Source: Gemmatimonadota bacterium (GTDB taxonomy: Bacteria; Gemmatimonadota; Gemmatimonadetes; Gemmatimonadales; GWC2-71-9). From it: a stretch of 64,000 nucleotides of DNA. The notes below the pieces were generated by a model. The model ran no database searches. It was not told the DNA's origin and saw only the letters and a list, made by a program, of their open reading frames with translations. The stretch is from assembly GCA_003222135.1 (NCBI GenBank), contig QHUM01000038.1, forward strand, positions 34,038 through 98,037. Reading direction: 5' to 3'. The position numbers and the translations under genes were made by a program. Every line of letters begins with the position of its first letter. Within the stretch, counting starts at the first letter, position 1. This document shows, in pieces, positions 10,570-18,356 of the stretch.

Positions 10570-10598
10570 TTGACCCGCCCGCCCGCGAACCGTAGCTT
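10570..10598 (+). promoter_or_regulatory. candidate sigma70-type promoter (TTGACC-N17-TAGCTT) for the 10637 gene
   Basis: TTGACC at 10570..10575, 17-nt spacer, TAGCTT at 10593..10598, about 40 nt upstream of the GGAGG RBS and ATG 10637. Pattern match only. Confidence 0.3.
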
Positions 10599-10636
10599 CG
10601 CCGCGACAAGCACTCGCAACGATCGCGTGGAGGTGC

Positions 10637-10984
10637 ATGATGGCTACGAACGTCAAGGAGTTTTTGGAGAGCTACGCCTTATACGAAACGTTCGACCCCC
10701 ACACGCTGGCTTGGTGGAAGAGCGATTGGCCCGAGGCAGTGAACGTCCCCTGCCGCTCGTGCGGTGACACGCGGTCTCACAGACTCTGGCCGACCAAGGT
10801 GGCGGGGTTCACCCTCGACTCCGGCGTGTACATGATCCACGGAACGTGCGAGCAGTGCGGCAACAACGGTGTGATGTTCTGGGTCGAGTACAACCAGCGG
10901 GAGGGCTGGATGCGCAAGGCCGGGCAGTTGCCCGCCGCCGGAGGTGCAGCGCGGCGCGTGCTCGAGCCGGCTGTTTCCCAGTAG
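10637..10984 (+). CDS. hypothetical protein with CxxC...CxxC zinc-ribbon-like motif
   Basis: RBS TGGAGG 10628..10633. Paired Cys motifs CRSCGD and CEQCGN. High GC3. Followed by an intrinsic terminator. No family recognised. Confidence 0.5.
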   Translation: MMATNVKEFLESYALYETFDPHTLAWWKSDWPEAVNVPCRSCGDTRSHRLWPTKVAGFTLDSGVYMIHGTCEQCGNNGVMFWVEYNQREGWMRKAGQLPAAGGAARRVLEPAVSQ

Positions 10985-11015
10985 CCCCGAGTCCGTTGGC
11001 CGCAAAGGCCTGCGT

Positions 11016-11057
11016 GAAGCCCGGCACCGCTGCCCGCGCTGCCGGGCTTCGCATTTT
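11016..11057 (+). terminator. rho-independent terminator candidate
   Basis: 11-bp perfect stem GAAGCCCGGCA / TGCCGGGCTTC (11016..11026 pairs with 11040..11050), followed by GCATTTTG (T-run 11054..11057), 32 nt after the 10984 stop. Confidence 0.55.
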
Positions 11058-11237
11058 GCGGTAGTCGCGCGACCATGTGGCGTGGCAGCCGCAACGCAAC
11101 ACCCTACCCTCTCGTCCGATGGTGTCGGGCCACGCCAGCATGTCCTCGGTCGGCAACGAGTTACCCTCAGACCCCGCGCGCCTCGCCCGGGTTTTGCCCC
11201 ACGAACTCACCGCTGGACCGGCAGCAAAGGGGGGAAC

Positions 11238-11957
11238 ATGATAGCCGATCTGGGTGAGTGGCTGGGCCTCGGGCCCTATTGTTGGGAAGCAACGCCGTTC
11301 TTCTTGGCCGGCGTCACCACGTGTCTGGGAGTCATCGGCACAGCATTTTCGGAGCGCGTGATTTCACAGCGGTGGATTCGTTACCGCATCGACCTGGCCG
11401 ACGACCTGCCCGACTCGCCCGATGTCCACCTCACGCCCGTGACCGACGACATCATTCGCGCGCTGCGCGGGCACCCCGATCACGCCGAGCACCAGCTAAG
11501 GTCGGGGTTCAGGTTCTGGGATCGCGGCCTCAGACGAGCGTACGTCTGGATGGACCGGGAGCAGCCGCTGTGCATTCAGTGGCTGCTGACCGGCGCGGAC
11601 CGGGCACGGGTTCGCACCCTGGACGAGTGGGCGGGGATGTATCCCCCACTGGTCTCCCACGTCGGCCAGGTCGAGAACCTGTTCGCGTTCTCGACTGCGC
11701 GGAGGCGAGGGGTCGCCACCCAATTCGAGTACGCGCTGTATGACGAGGCGCGGCGGGCGGGCCTGCGAGAGCTCGTCACCCATATTCACGAGGCCAACGC
11801 CGCGGCGCGGGGCTGGGCGGAGCGGACGGGGTGGCACCCGTTCGGCACCATCACTCGCTTCCAGCTGGACGTCCGGGGACTGCGGGCCTACGCCGTCTAC
11901 CTGCACTCGAGCGACGATCGCGGAGGGCTCAGGCTCCACCACACACGCCCGGTCTGA
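11238..11957 (+). CDS. GNAT-family N-acetyltransferase-like protein (paralog A of 60520..61179)
   Basis: RBS AAAGGGGGGA before ATG 11238. Block ENLFAFSTARRRGVATQFEYALYDEARRAGL resembles the GNAT acetyl-CoA motif A (R/Q-x-x-G-x-A/G). By-eye identity to the 60520..61179 product is roughly 55 percent. The upstream part of ORF 10944.. is rejected as an extension. Confidence 0.65.
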   Translation: MIADLGEWLGLGPYCWEATPFFLAGVTTCLGVIGTAFSERVISQRWIRYRIDLADDLPDSPDVHLTPVTDDIIRALRGHPDHAEHQLRSGFRFWDRGLRRAYVWMDREQPLCIQWLLTGADRARVRTLDEWAGMYPPLVSHVGQVENLFAFSTARRRGVATQFEYALYDEARRAGLRELVTHIHEANAAARGWAERTGWHPFGTITRFQLDVRGLRAYAVYLHSSDDRGGLRLHHTRPV

Positions 11958-12027
11958 CCAACCCGGCCGAGGGTTCCGCGGCGTACCTGGGGCGGTATGT
12001 TCGACCCGTCCACCCCCGGGAGCGCCC

Positions 12028-13137
12028 ATGGCCACGTGGCACCGACTCGGTACGCGCGAAGAGCTGCTCGCGCGCGTCCCCTACTCCCTCAAGCTCGAGC
12101 GGCATCAGATCGCGGTGTTCCTCCACGAAGACCGCTTCTCTGTCATCTCCAACATCTGCAATCACCGGGGCGGACCGCTATGCGAGGGCCGGGTGCGCGG
12201 GGAATTCGTGATGTGTCCCTGGCACGGGTGGGAGTACAGCGTCGTCACCGGGAAAGGGCCCGCGGGTTACGATGAAGAGCAGGTGCCGTCGTTCGCGGTC
12301 GAGGAGCGCGCGGACGGAGTGTACGTCCAGACCCCGCCCGTGATGCCGCGCAGGCTGGTCCAGCACAAGCCGTCCCACCTCCTCGACGCGCACGCCAAGC
12401 CCGTCGGGGCGCCGCCCCGGGTGCTCGGCATCTCCACGACCGGAATGGACCAGGGCAACCCGCGCTTCTCCACATCGGATGCGCTGCTCGATCACGCCAT
12501 GGACATGGCGCGCGAGCTCGTAGCCGACACCCAGCTGATCAGGCTGCGTGACCTCAAGTTCCAGCACTGCGAGGGGAACTACTCCAAGGCCTCGCACGCG
12601 TGCACCTGGCCCTGCGCCATCACCGAGCGCGATCCCGAGGATCAGCTGACAGCCGTGTACGAGGGCCTGGTGCACTGGGCAGACGTGGTCGTCATCGCCA
12701 CGCCGATCCGTTGGGGCAACGCCTCGTCGCTCTACTACAAGATGGCCGAGCGGCTGAACTGCGTGCAGAACCAGATCACCATCCACAACAACATGCTCAT
12801 CAAGAACAAGGTGGCCGCCCTCATCATCACCGGCGGGCAGGACAACATTCAGGCCGTGGCCGGCAACATGCTCACGTTCTGGTCCGAGCTGGGCTTCGTG
12901 TTTCCACAGTTCCCGTTCATCGCGCACTCGCGCGGCTGGGACGCCGAAGACATGCAGAACAACGTGCGCCAGGTGCAGGCGAGCGACGCGTTGCGCGAGG
13001 CGGCGCGCGAGCTGCTGGGCCGCGCCGTGGACTTCTGGAAGGTCCTGGATCAGAATCGCGCCATGATGGACAAGCCGATGGAGCGCGCCGGGCGCAAAGC
13101 GAATCCTCTGGTGAATCCGGAGGAAGCGATCGTATGA
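12028..13137 (+). CDS. Rieske [2Fe-2S] domain fused to flavodoxin-like NAD(P)H-dependent FMN reductase / iron-sulfur flavoprotein domain
   Basis: Rieske ligand motifs CNHRGGPL and CPWHGWEY in the first 110 aa. The C-terminal 250 aa shows flavodoxin-like reductase blocks (VLGISTTG, ADVVVIATPIRWGNASSLYYKM, AALIITGGQDN). Confidence 0.75.
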   Translation: MATWHRLGTREELLARVPYSLKLERHQIAVFLHEDRFSVISNICNHRGGPLCEGRVRGEFVMCPWHGWEYSVVTGKGPAGYDEEQVPSFAVEERADGVYVQTPPVMPRRLVQHKPSHLLDAHAKPVGAPPRVLGISTTGMDQGNPRFSTSDALLDHAMDMARELVADTQLIRLRDLKFQHCEGNYSKASHACTWPCAITERDPEDQLTAVYEGLVHWADVVVIATPIRWGNASSLYYKMAERLNCVQNQITIHNNMLIKNKVAALIITGGQDNIQAVAGNMLTFWSELGFVFPQFPFIAHSRGWDAEDMQNNVRQVQASDALREAARELLGRAVDFWKVLDQNRAMMDKPMERAGRKANPLVNPEEAIV

Positions 13138-13571
13138 GCCGCCGCCTGGAGATCGCGCAGGCGTACGAGAAGGCCCTGTTTGCCGGCGATCGCGCCGCCG
13201 TCGGCAAACTGTTTCACAACGACATCGCATACTGGGTGGCCGGAGCGCCGCCGCTCGGCGGCGAATGGAAGGGTCGGGAGCTGGTGCTCGACGCCCTGTG
13301 GAACCGCGAGCCGGGTCTGGGCGCCGCCGACTGGGGCTCCCAGGACGTGTGGCGCGACTGGTATGACGCGGACGACCGTGTGATCGTAGAGATCCGCGAG
13401 CGTTCCTGGCTCAAGAGCGCCCCGCAGGACATCATGGATCAGCGCACCTGCTGCGTGATCCGGTTCCGCGGGGACCGGATCAGTGAGATACGGGACTACA
13501 CTGACAGTCACATCTACGAGGAGTTTCTGAAGCGGCACCGGGCGGGGCTGCCGAAGTTCGCAACGACGTAA
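13134..13571 (+). CDS. SnoaL-like / NTF2-fold (ketosteroid-isomerase-like) protein
   Basis: ATG 13134 overlaps the upstream stop (ATGA). About 145 aa with an NTF2-like pattern (AQAYEKALFAGDRAAVGKLFHNDIAYWV ... IRFRGDRISEIRDYTD). Confidence 0.65.
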   Translation: MSRRLEIAQAYEKALFAGDRAAVGKLFHNDIAYWVAGAPPLGGEWKGRELVLDALWNREPGLGAADWGSQDVWRDWYDADDRVIVEIRERSWLKSAPQDIMDQRTCCVIRFRGDRISEIRDYTDSHIYEEFLKRHRAGLPKFATT

Positions 13572-13591
13572 GCGCTCCGTGACTGCGTTTT

Positions 13592-13686
13592 CCCATCCTA
13601 AAGGATGGGCTCGGCGCAACACAACCCTAAAGGGTGACGCGTGTGCTTCAGCACAGTGCCGTGCCGAGCCCACGCTTCAGCGTGGG
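13592..13686. terminator. pair of short perfect hairpins in a convergent intergenic region (possible bidirectional terminators)
   Basis: CCCATCC-TAAA-GGATGGG (13592..13609) and CCCACGC-TTCA-GCGTGGG (13669..13686), between the + gene ending at 13571 and the - gene ending at 13707. No clear U-tracts. Confidence 0.35.
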
Positions 13687-13706
13687 AATCGATCGGCAGC
13701 GATGCT

Positions 13707-14930
13707 CTAGAACCGGTCCAGCACCCGGTCCCGGCGGCGCGCCAGCCAGTAGAGCGGCACGCCCAGCAGCAGCGTCGCTCCCGCGGCCACCCACGCATCT
13801 CCAATGCCGCGTGCCCGGGCGAGCCAGCCCCAGCCTGTCTGCCCCGCCACCCCACCCAAATTGGCGAAGAACGAATCGAGCGAGATGATGGTGGCCCGCT
13901 GGGCCGACGGGATGTGCGCATTCAGGTATCCCTGCTTCACCGGCAGCATGACGCCGAGCGCGATTCCGTACACCAGATACAGGGCCACCACAACGTAAAA
14001 GTTGCGTAGCAACCCGCACAGCACGATGGCGATCGCCTGTACGACGACGGATGCAATCAGCAGCGCGGTGCGCGTCCGCAGCACGCGCGCGAGGGGTGTC
14101 ACGAGGACATTGCCGGCGATCAGTGTCAGCGAGGTGAGGGCGGCGATCGCGCCCGCCACCCACACCGCTTCGTGGCCGAGCAGATCCAGGAAATACCGCT
14201 GCCAGCTGTAGAACCCGAAGATCATGAAGCTCACCGACACGAGCGAGCCCAGCATCACCGGCCGCACTACGGGATGGTGTAAGCCGTTGCGCATCCCTTC
14301 GACGAACACGCGGCGCATCTCGGCGGGCACGCGGTCCAGGGAGAGCGCGCGCCGGGTGAACCCGGGCTCCGGCATCGCGCGCCAGGCGAGCACGAACAAC
14401 GGTACGACGATGGCGGCGCGGACCAGATACGGCAGGGCCAGATCGACCTGGCCCAGCAGACCCCCGCCGAGCGTGCCGGCCAGCATCGCCGCCCCGAACG
14501 CCATCTGACCGCGTGCGAAGACCGGCTCGAGCGGCTCGGTGTAGCCCGTCGCCTTGAGCGCGTCCACCAGCCAGGCGTCGACCGCCCCCGTGTAGAACGT
14601 GTAGCCGAGCCCGAGCAGCACCGACACCCACGCGAACGGCCAGAACCCCCAGCCGAACCGTGCGATCGCCACGTACAGGAGCGTGGTGCCGAACAGGGTG
14701 GCGAGGCACAAGAGCAGTGACACGCGCCGGCCGAGCGTGTCCGCCACCACGCCGGTGGGGACCTCGAACAGCACGTTCCCCAGCGTGAACGCCGCGTTCG
14801 TCATCATCACCTGGAAGATGTCGAGGCCGGCGTGGAGCTTGAACAGCGTGTCGATACCCCAGATGAGGGACATCGCCAGGTTGAACAGCCCCGTGATGAG
14901 GAGATACGTGCGAATGATACGCGCGCTCAC
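13707..14930 (-). CDS. MFS transporter
   Basis: 12-TM-like profile and the MFS loop motif VADTLGRRVSLLL. GTG 14930 overlaps the upstream gene stop (GTGA); the track start at 14951 is also possible. Confidence 0.8.
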   Translation of the reverse strand: MSARIIRTYLLITGLFNLAMSLIWGIDTLFKLHAGLDIFQVMMTNAAFTLGNVLFEVPTGVVADTLGRRVSLLLCLATLFGTTLLYVAIARFGWGFWPFAWVSVLLGLGYTFYTGAVDAWLVDALKATGYTEPLEPVFARGQMAFGAAMLAGTLGGGLLGQVDLALPYLVRAAIVVPLFVLAWRAMPEPGFTRRALSLDRVPAEMRRVFVEGMRNGLHHPVVRPVMLGSLVSVSFMIFGFYSWQRYFLDLLGHEAVWVAGAIAALTSLTLIAGNVLVTPLARVLRTRTALLIASVVVQAIAIVLCGLLRNFYVVVALYLVYGIALGVMLPVKQGYLNAHIPSAQRATIISLDSFFANLGGVAGQTGWGWLARARGIGDAWVAAGATLLLGVPLYWLARRRDRVLDRF

Positions 14931-15802
14931 GGCACATGTGCCTCGAGCCACTCGTGCGCGATCGTCCGGATGTCGCGGTGCTCCACGTCCGCGGCCGCGT
15001 TGAGACGGCGCATCTCGTCGTCGGAAATCTTGCCTCCCAGCTCCTCCAGGGCGCGCGCGAGCCCCGCATAGCGCTCCAGCGTCCCGGCCCGCACCACCGG
15101 CGCCGCTTCGTAGGGCGGGAAGTAGTGCCTGTCGTCCTCGAGCACGGCCAGGTGCAGCGCCGCGATCTGTCCGTCGGTGGAGTTTCCGGCGATCACGTCC
15201 ACCTTGCGGTCGGCCAGGGCGCGGTAGGTGAGGCCCAGGTCCATCGCCGTCGGCGGCGCGGCGAAGTGGAGTCCGTAGACCCGGGACAGCCCCGCGAAGC
15301 CGTCGGCGCGCTCGAGGAACTCGTAGCCGAAGCCCGCGTGCCAGCGTGGCGCCACCCGGCTCAGGTCCGACATGACCTTCAGCCCGTAGCGCTCAGCGTC
15401 GGCGGCGCGCACCAGGATCGCGAATGTGTTGTCGAACCCGAACGCCGTGAGCCAGCGCAGCCCGAACTGCCGGCTGTACTCGCTCGCGACCTGGCGGAAC
15501 ACACTGTCGCGCTCGACGACGGGCGGGTGCTTGAGCACGGCCGTGAACGCGGTGCCCGAGTACTCGACGTACAGATCGATCTGCCCCGCCAGGATCGCTT
15601 GGTGACACACGAACGTCCCACCCAAGTGCAGCCGGCGCTCCACCGGGACGTGCAGCCGGCGCTCGATCTGTTGCGCCACGATTTCGGCCAGGAGATCGGA
15701 TTCGGTGAAGTTTTTCGCGCCGACGATGATCCGGTCGTGCCGCCCACAGGCGCCGAGCAACAACGCCAGGGTGAGGAGCACCCGACCGCCTATCGCTGCC
15801 AT
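14927..15802 (-). CDS. glycine betaine/choline-type ABC transporter substrate-binding lipoprotein (OpuAC/OsmF-like)
   Basis: Lipobox LLLGAC. Resembles the OpuAC family (KNFTESDLLAEI, DLYVEYSGTA, NTFAILV, MDLGLTYRALADRKVDVIAGNSTDGQI). Confidence 0.8.
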   Translation of the reverse strand: MAAIGGRVLLTLALLLGACGRHDRIIVGAKNFTESDLLAEIVAQQIERRLHVPVERRLHLGGTFVCHQAILAGQIDLYVEYSGTAFTAVLKHPPVVERDSVFRQVASEYSRQFGLRWLTAFGFDNTFAILVRAADAERYGLKVMSDLSRVAPRWHAGFGYEFLERADGFAGLSRVYGLHFAAPPTAMDLGLTYRALADRKVDVIAGNSTDGQIAALHLAVLEDDRHYFPPYEAAPVVRAGTLERYAGLARALEELGGKISDDEMRRLNAAADVEHRDIRTIAHEWLEAHVP

Positions 15803-16416
15803 GCCAGCCTCCGCTGGGCGATCCCCAGCACCGCGTCCGCCGCCAGGGCGAGCAGCGCGGCGGGCAACGCCCCCGCCATGATCAGCGTATCATCCACAGT
15901 CGCCACCCCGCGAAAGATGTAGACACCGAGCCCGCCTGCCCCGATCGCCGCGCCGATCGTCGCCACGCCTACGCTCACCACCGTCGCGACGCGGATGCCG
16001 GCGAGGATCACGCCGGCGGCGAGCGGCAGCTCGACCAGCCGCAACAGCTCGCCGTCTGTCATGCCCATCCCCCGGCCCGCCTCGCGCACCGCCGGGTCCA
16101 CGCCCGCGATCCCCGTATACGTGTTGCGGATGATCGGCAGCAGCGCGTACAGAATCAGCGCCGTGATCGCCGTCCACGCTCCGATGCCGAAGAACGGGAT
16201 CAGAAATCCGAGGAGCGCGAGACTGGGAATCGTCTGGAACACGTTGGCGAGGCCGAGCACCGGCGCCCGCCATGCCGGGCGGCGCGTGAGCGCGATGCCG
16301 AGCGGGACGCCGACGACGATCGCCGCGCCGGTCGAGACCACGACCAGGTAGACGTGCTGCCAGGTCAGTGCCAGCAGCTCGACCGAGTTGCGGGAGTAGA
16401 AGGACAGGAGGCTCAT
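15790..16416 (-). CDS. ABC transporter permease (osmoprotectant/betaine type)
   Basis: BPD_transp_1-type permease with EAA-like loop (REAGRGMGMTDGELLRLVELPLA). Overlaps the SBP gene by 13 nt. Confidence 0.8.
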   Translation of the reverse strand: MSLLSFYSRNSVELLALTWQHVYLVVVSTGAAIVVGVPLGIALTRRPAWRAPVLGLANVFQTIPSLALLGFLIPFFGIGAWTAITALILYALLPIIRNTYTGIAGVDPAVREAGRGMGMTDGELLRLVELPLAAGVILAGIRVATVVSVGVATIGAAIGAGGLGVYIFRGVATVDDTLIMAGALPAALLALAADAVLGIAQRRLAWQR

Positions 16417-16442
16417 CGTTTTTCGGCTAACCCCGGGCCGCC

Positions 16443-17222
16443 CTAAAAGGACTTCCTCGGGCCCTGCGGGCCCTCAGTCGCCGGCCCGGGGTCAACCGCA
16501 CTCATGAACGCCACGGCCTCCGGCTGGGTCGACCCCCGAAACTCTTCCGGCGTCCCCAGGAACAGGAGGCGCCCCTCGTGCATCAGCCCGATCCGGGTAC
16601 CGAGCAGCAAACCCTCGCGCACGTCGTGCGTCACGAACACCATGCCCTTGCCCAGCCTGCCCTCGAGGCCGCGAAACTCGCGCTGCAGCTCGACGCGCGT
16701 GATGGGGTCGAGCGCGCCGAACGGCTCATCGAGCAACAGCAGCGGCGGATCGGCGGCGAGCGCACGGGCCACGCCGACGCGCTGGCGTTGCCCTCCCGAC
16801 AACTGATGCGGGTAGCGGCTCAGGAATGCGGCGGGGTCGAGGCCCACGAGGGCGAGGAGCTCCCGCACCCGGGCGGCGATCCGGTCGGCCGGCCACCGCT
16901 CCAGCCGCGGCACGAGCCCGATGTTCTGCGCCACGGTGAAGTGGGGAAACAGCCCGACCTCCTGGATCACGTAGCCGATGCGCCGCCGCAGGCGCGTCGG
17001 CTCGAGGGCGGCCGTGGGCTCACCCGCCACCAGCACTTCCCCGGCGGTCGGCTCGAGCAAGCGGTTGATGAGCTTCAGGGTGGTCGTCTTGCCGGACCCG
17101 CTGCGCCCCAGCAAAACGAGGGTCTCGCCAGGACCCACGGTAAAGGATACGTTCTGCACCAGAGTGCGGCCGTCGCCGGGCAGCGCGTAGGCCAGCCCCC
17201 GCACATCGACGGCGGCGGTCAC
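16443..17222 (-). CDS. ABC transporter ATP-binding protein (osmoprotectant/betaine type, no CBS domains)
   Basis: Walker A GRSGSGKTT, signature LSGGQRQRVGVARAL, Walker B LLLLDEP, H-loop FVTHD. GTG start overlaps the upstream stop (GTGA at 17219..17222). Confidence 0.85.
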   Translation of the reverse strand: MTAAVDVRGLAYALPGDGRTLVQNVSFTVGPGETLVLLGRSGSGKTTTLKLINRLLEPTAGEVLVAGEPTAALEPTRLRRRIGYVIQEVGLFPHFTVAQNIGLVPRLERWPADRIAARVRELLALVGLDPAAFLSRYPHQLSGGQRQRVGVARALAADPPLLLLDEPFGALDPITRVELQREFRGLEGRLGKGMVFVTHDVREGLLLGTRIGLMHEGRLLFLGTPEEFRGSTQPEAVAFMSAVDPGPATEGPQGPRKSF

Positions 17223-18157
17223 GCGGGGCCCGCGAGGACCATCAAGAAGCGGGCATCGTCGCTCGTGCCGCGCCAGCGTACCGCGAGGCCGGCGTCGGTC
17301 AGAATGCGAACGAACGTGTCGGCGTCGTACTTGTAAGAATGATTCAGGTCGAGACGCTCTCCGGCGGGGAGCGCCATTGTCTCGCCGCCCAGCCCGGCTC
17401 GTACCTCGCGGGTCGCGCGGAAGTGCTTGGCGAGCGGGTGCAGGCCAGGGAGCCGTGCGTCCACCCGGTCTTCGAACACGAGCTCGCCGTCCTGCTCGGT
17501 GATGCCGACAGCCACGAGCGGCGCCCAGGCGAAGCGGCGGTTGAGCGGATTGTCGTACCCGGCCACGGTGTGCTGGGCAGCGTAAATCTCGCCGTCCACG
17601 ATGAGCAAGTCGTGCGGCCGCAGCAGCGCGCGCAGCTGGCGCGCGGCGGCGAGCGGGTCGAAGGCACCAAGCGTGTTGCCGAGCAGGAGGACGAGTCGCG
17701 GCGGCGTTGCGGGGTCCGGGGCGAGGGCCGCCAGGTGGTCAGAGCGCGTGAAATCGGCCTTGATCCCCTGGGCCGGCAGGCCCGCCCCCATCGCTCCCTG
17801 GCACGCTAACTCGAGCAGGGCCAGGCTCGTATCGACCGGAACGTAGGAGACGTGAACTCCGTGGCGGCTCAGCGCGTTAAGCAAAAGTAGGTCTTTGTCC
17901 CCCTGTCCTGAGCCCAGGCTCACGACCTCGAGAGAGCCGGGCTGGACGAAGCCGGCGAGCCGGTCGGCGGATTGAACAATCAGAGAGCGCGAGCGGACGT
18001 AGTTGCGGTAGGCGCCGTCTGAGCAGAGGGCGAGCCAGGCGCGCACGGAGAGTGGGAACCAGTAGAAGAACTTCTCGTCGAAGCGGCGTGCCTGAAAGGC
18101 CGCGACGAATTCGTCGGCGAGAGCGTTCTCGGTCAGCAGGGATTGGATCGCGATCAT
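17219..18157 (-). CDS. EgtD-like SAM-dependent methyltransferase (histidine N-alpha-methyltransferase / Methyltransf_33 family)
   Basis: Collinear with my recollection of mycobacterial EgtD: KFFYW, VSLGSGQGDKDLLLLNAL (EgtD LGSGTSEKTRMLL), YVPVDTS (FIPFDVD), RLVLLLGNTLGAF (VVFLGSTIGN), GYDNPLNRRF, C-terminal YKYDADTFVRILTDAGL. Substrate not predictable. Confidence 0.6.
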   Translation of the reverse strand: MIAIQSLLTENALADEFVAAFQARRFDEKFFYWFPLSVRAWLALCSDGAYRNYVRSRSLIVQSADRLAGFVQPGSLEVVSLGSGQGDKDLLLLNALSRHGVHVSYVPVDTSLALLELACQGAMGAGLPAQGIKADFTRSDHLAALAPDPATPPRLVLLLGNTLGAFDPLAAARQLRALLRPHDLLIVDGEIYAAQHTVAGYDNPLNRRFAWAPLVAVGITEQDGELVFEDRVDARLPGLHPLAKHFRATREVRAGLGGETMALPAGERLDLNHSYKYDADTFVRILTDAGLAVRWRGTSDDARFLMVLAGPA

Positions 18158-18173
18158 AGCTCAGAGTTATCGG

Positions 18174-18203
18174 TTGACGGGTGTGACGGCAACCCGTTAT
18201 GGT
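18174..18203 (+). promoter_or_regulatory. candidate sigma70-type promoter for the peptide/MNIO operon (TTGACG-N18-TATGGT)
   Basis: TTGACG at 18174..18179 and TATGGT at 18198..18203, in the 92-nt divergent intergenic region. A small inverted repeat, ACGGGT (18177..18182) / ACCCGT (18192..18197), overlaps the spacer. Pattern match only. Confidence 0.3.
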
Positions 18204-18249
18204 AGTCGAACCTGCCGTCGTTCTCTTTTCCCAAGCAGGGAGGAAACCA

Positions 18250-18342
18250 ATGCAGATCGTCGAAACCGCAGAACTGGTGCCCAGCTGTCATCGTCCCGAG
18301 ATCGTCGAGACGAGCGAGCTGGAGCCCACCTGCCACTCCTAA
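18250..18342 (+). CDS. 30-aa tandem-repeat Cys-His peptide, candidate RiPP precursor (MQIVETAELVPSCHRPEIVETSELEPTCHS)
   Basis: Hand-translated; below the ORF-track length cutoff. SD GGGAGGA at 18238..18244 lies 5 nt before ATG 18250. TAA stop at 18340..18342. GC3 is 24/30. There are two 14-15-aa repeats, each ending P-[ST]-C-H. Directly upstream of the AKR, DUF692 and partner genes. Confidence 0.55.
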   Translation: MQIVETAELVPSCHRPEIVETSELEPTCHS

Positions 18343-18356
18343 GGGAGATCGGCTGG

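Noticed and set aside
13572-13706. Structured 135-nt intergenic region, considered as a tRNA or small RNA gene
   Set aside because: It contains only three short independent hairpins. I could fold no cloverleaf, no anticodon-arm geometry and no conserved T-loop (GTTCRA). Terminator hairpins for the convergent genes are the simpler explanation.
13648-15069. 473-aa minus-strand ORF
   Set aside because: It is an alternative frame of the MFS transporter and binding-protein genes. It has no TM pattern or motifs and an Arg-rich composition.
18174-18356. N-terminal extension of the AKR ORF (433-aa version) covering the small-peptide region
   Set aside because: The extension is Arg-rich (…RRNRRTGAQLSSSRDRRDERAG…) with no AKR similarity. 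AKR homology starts after ATG 18357, which has its own GGGAG RBS. The overlapping 30-aa frame has a stronger SD and repeat-level evidence for translation.
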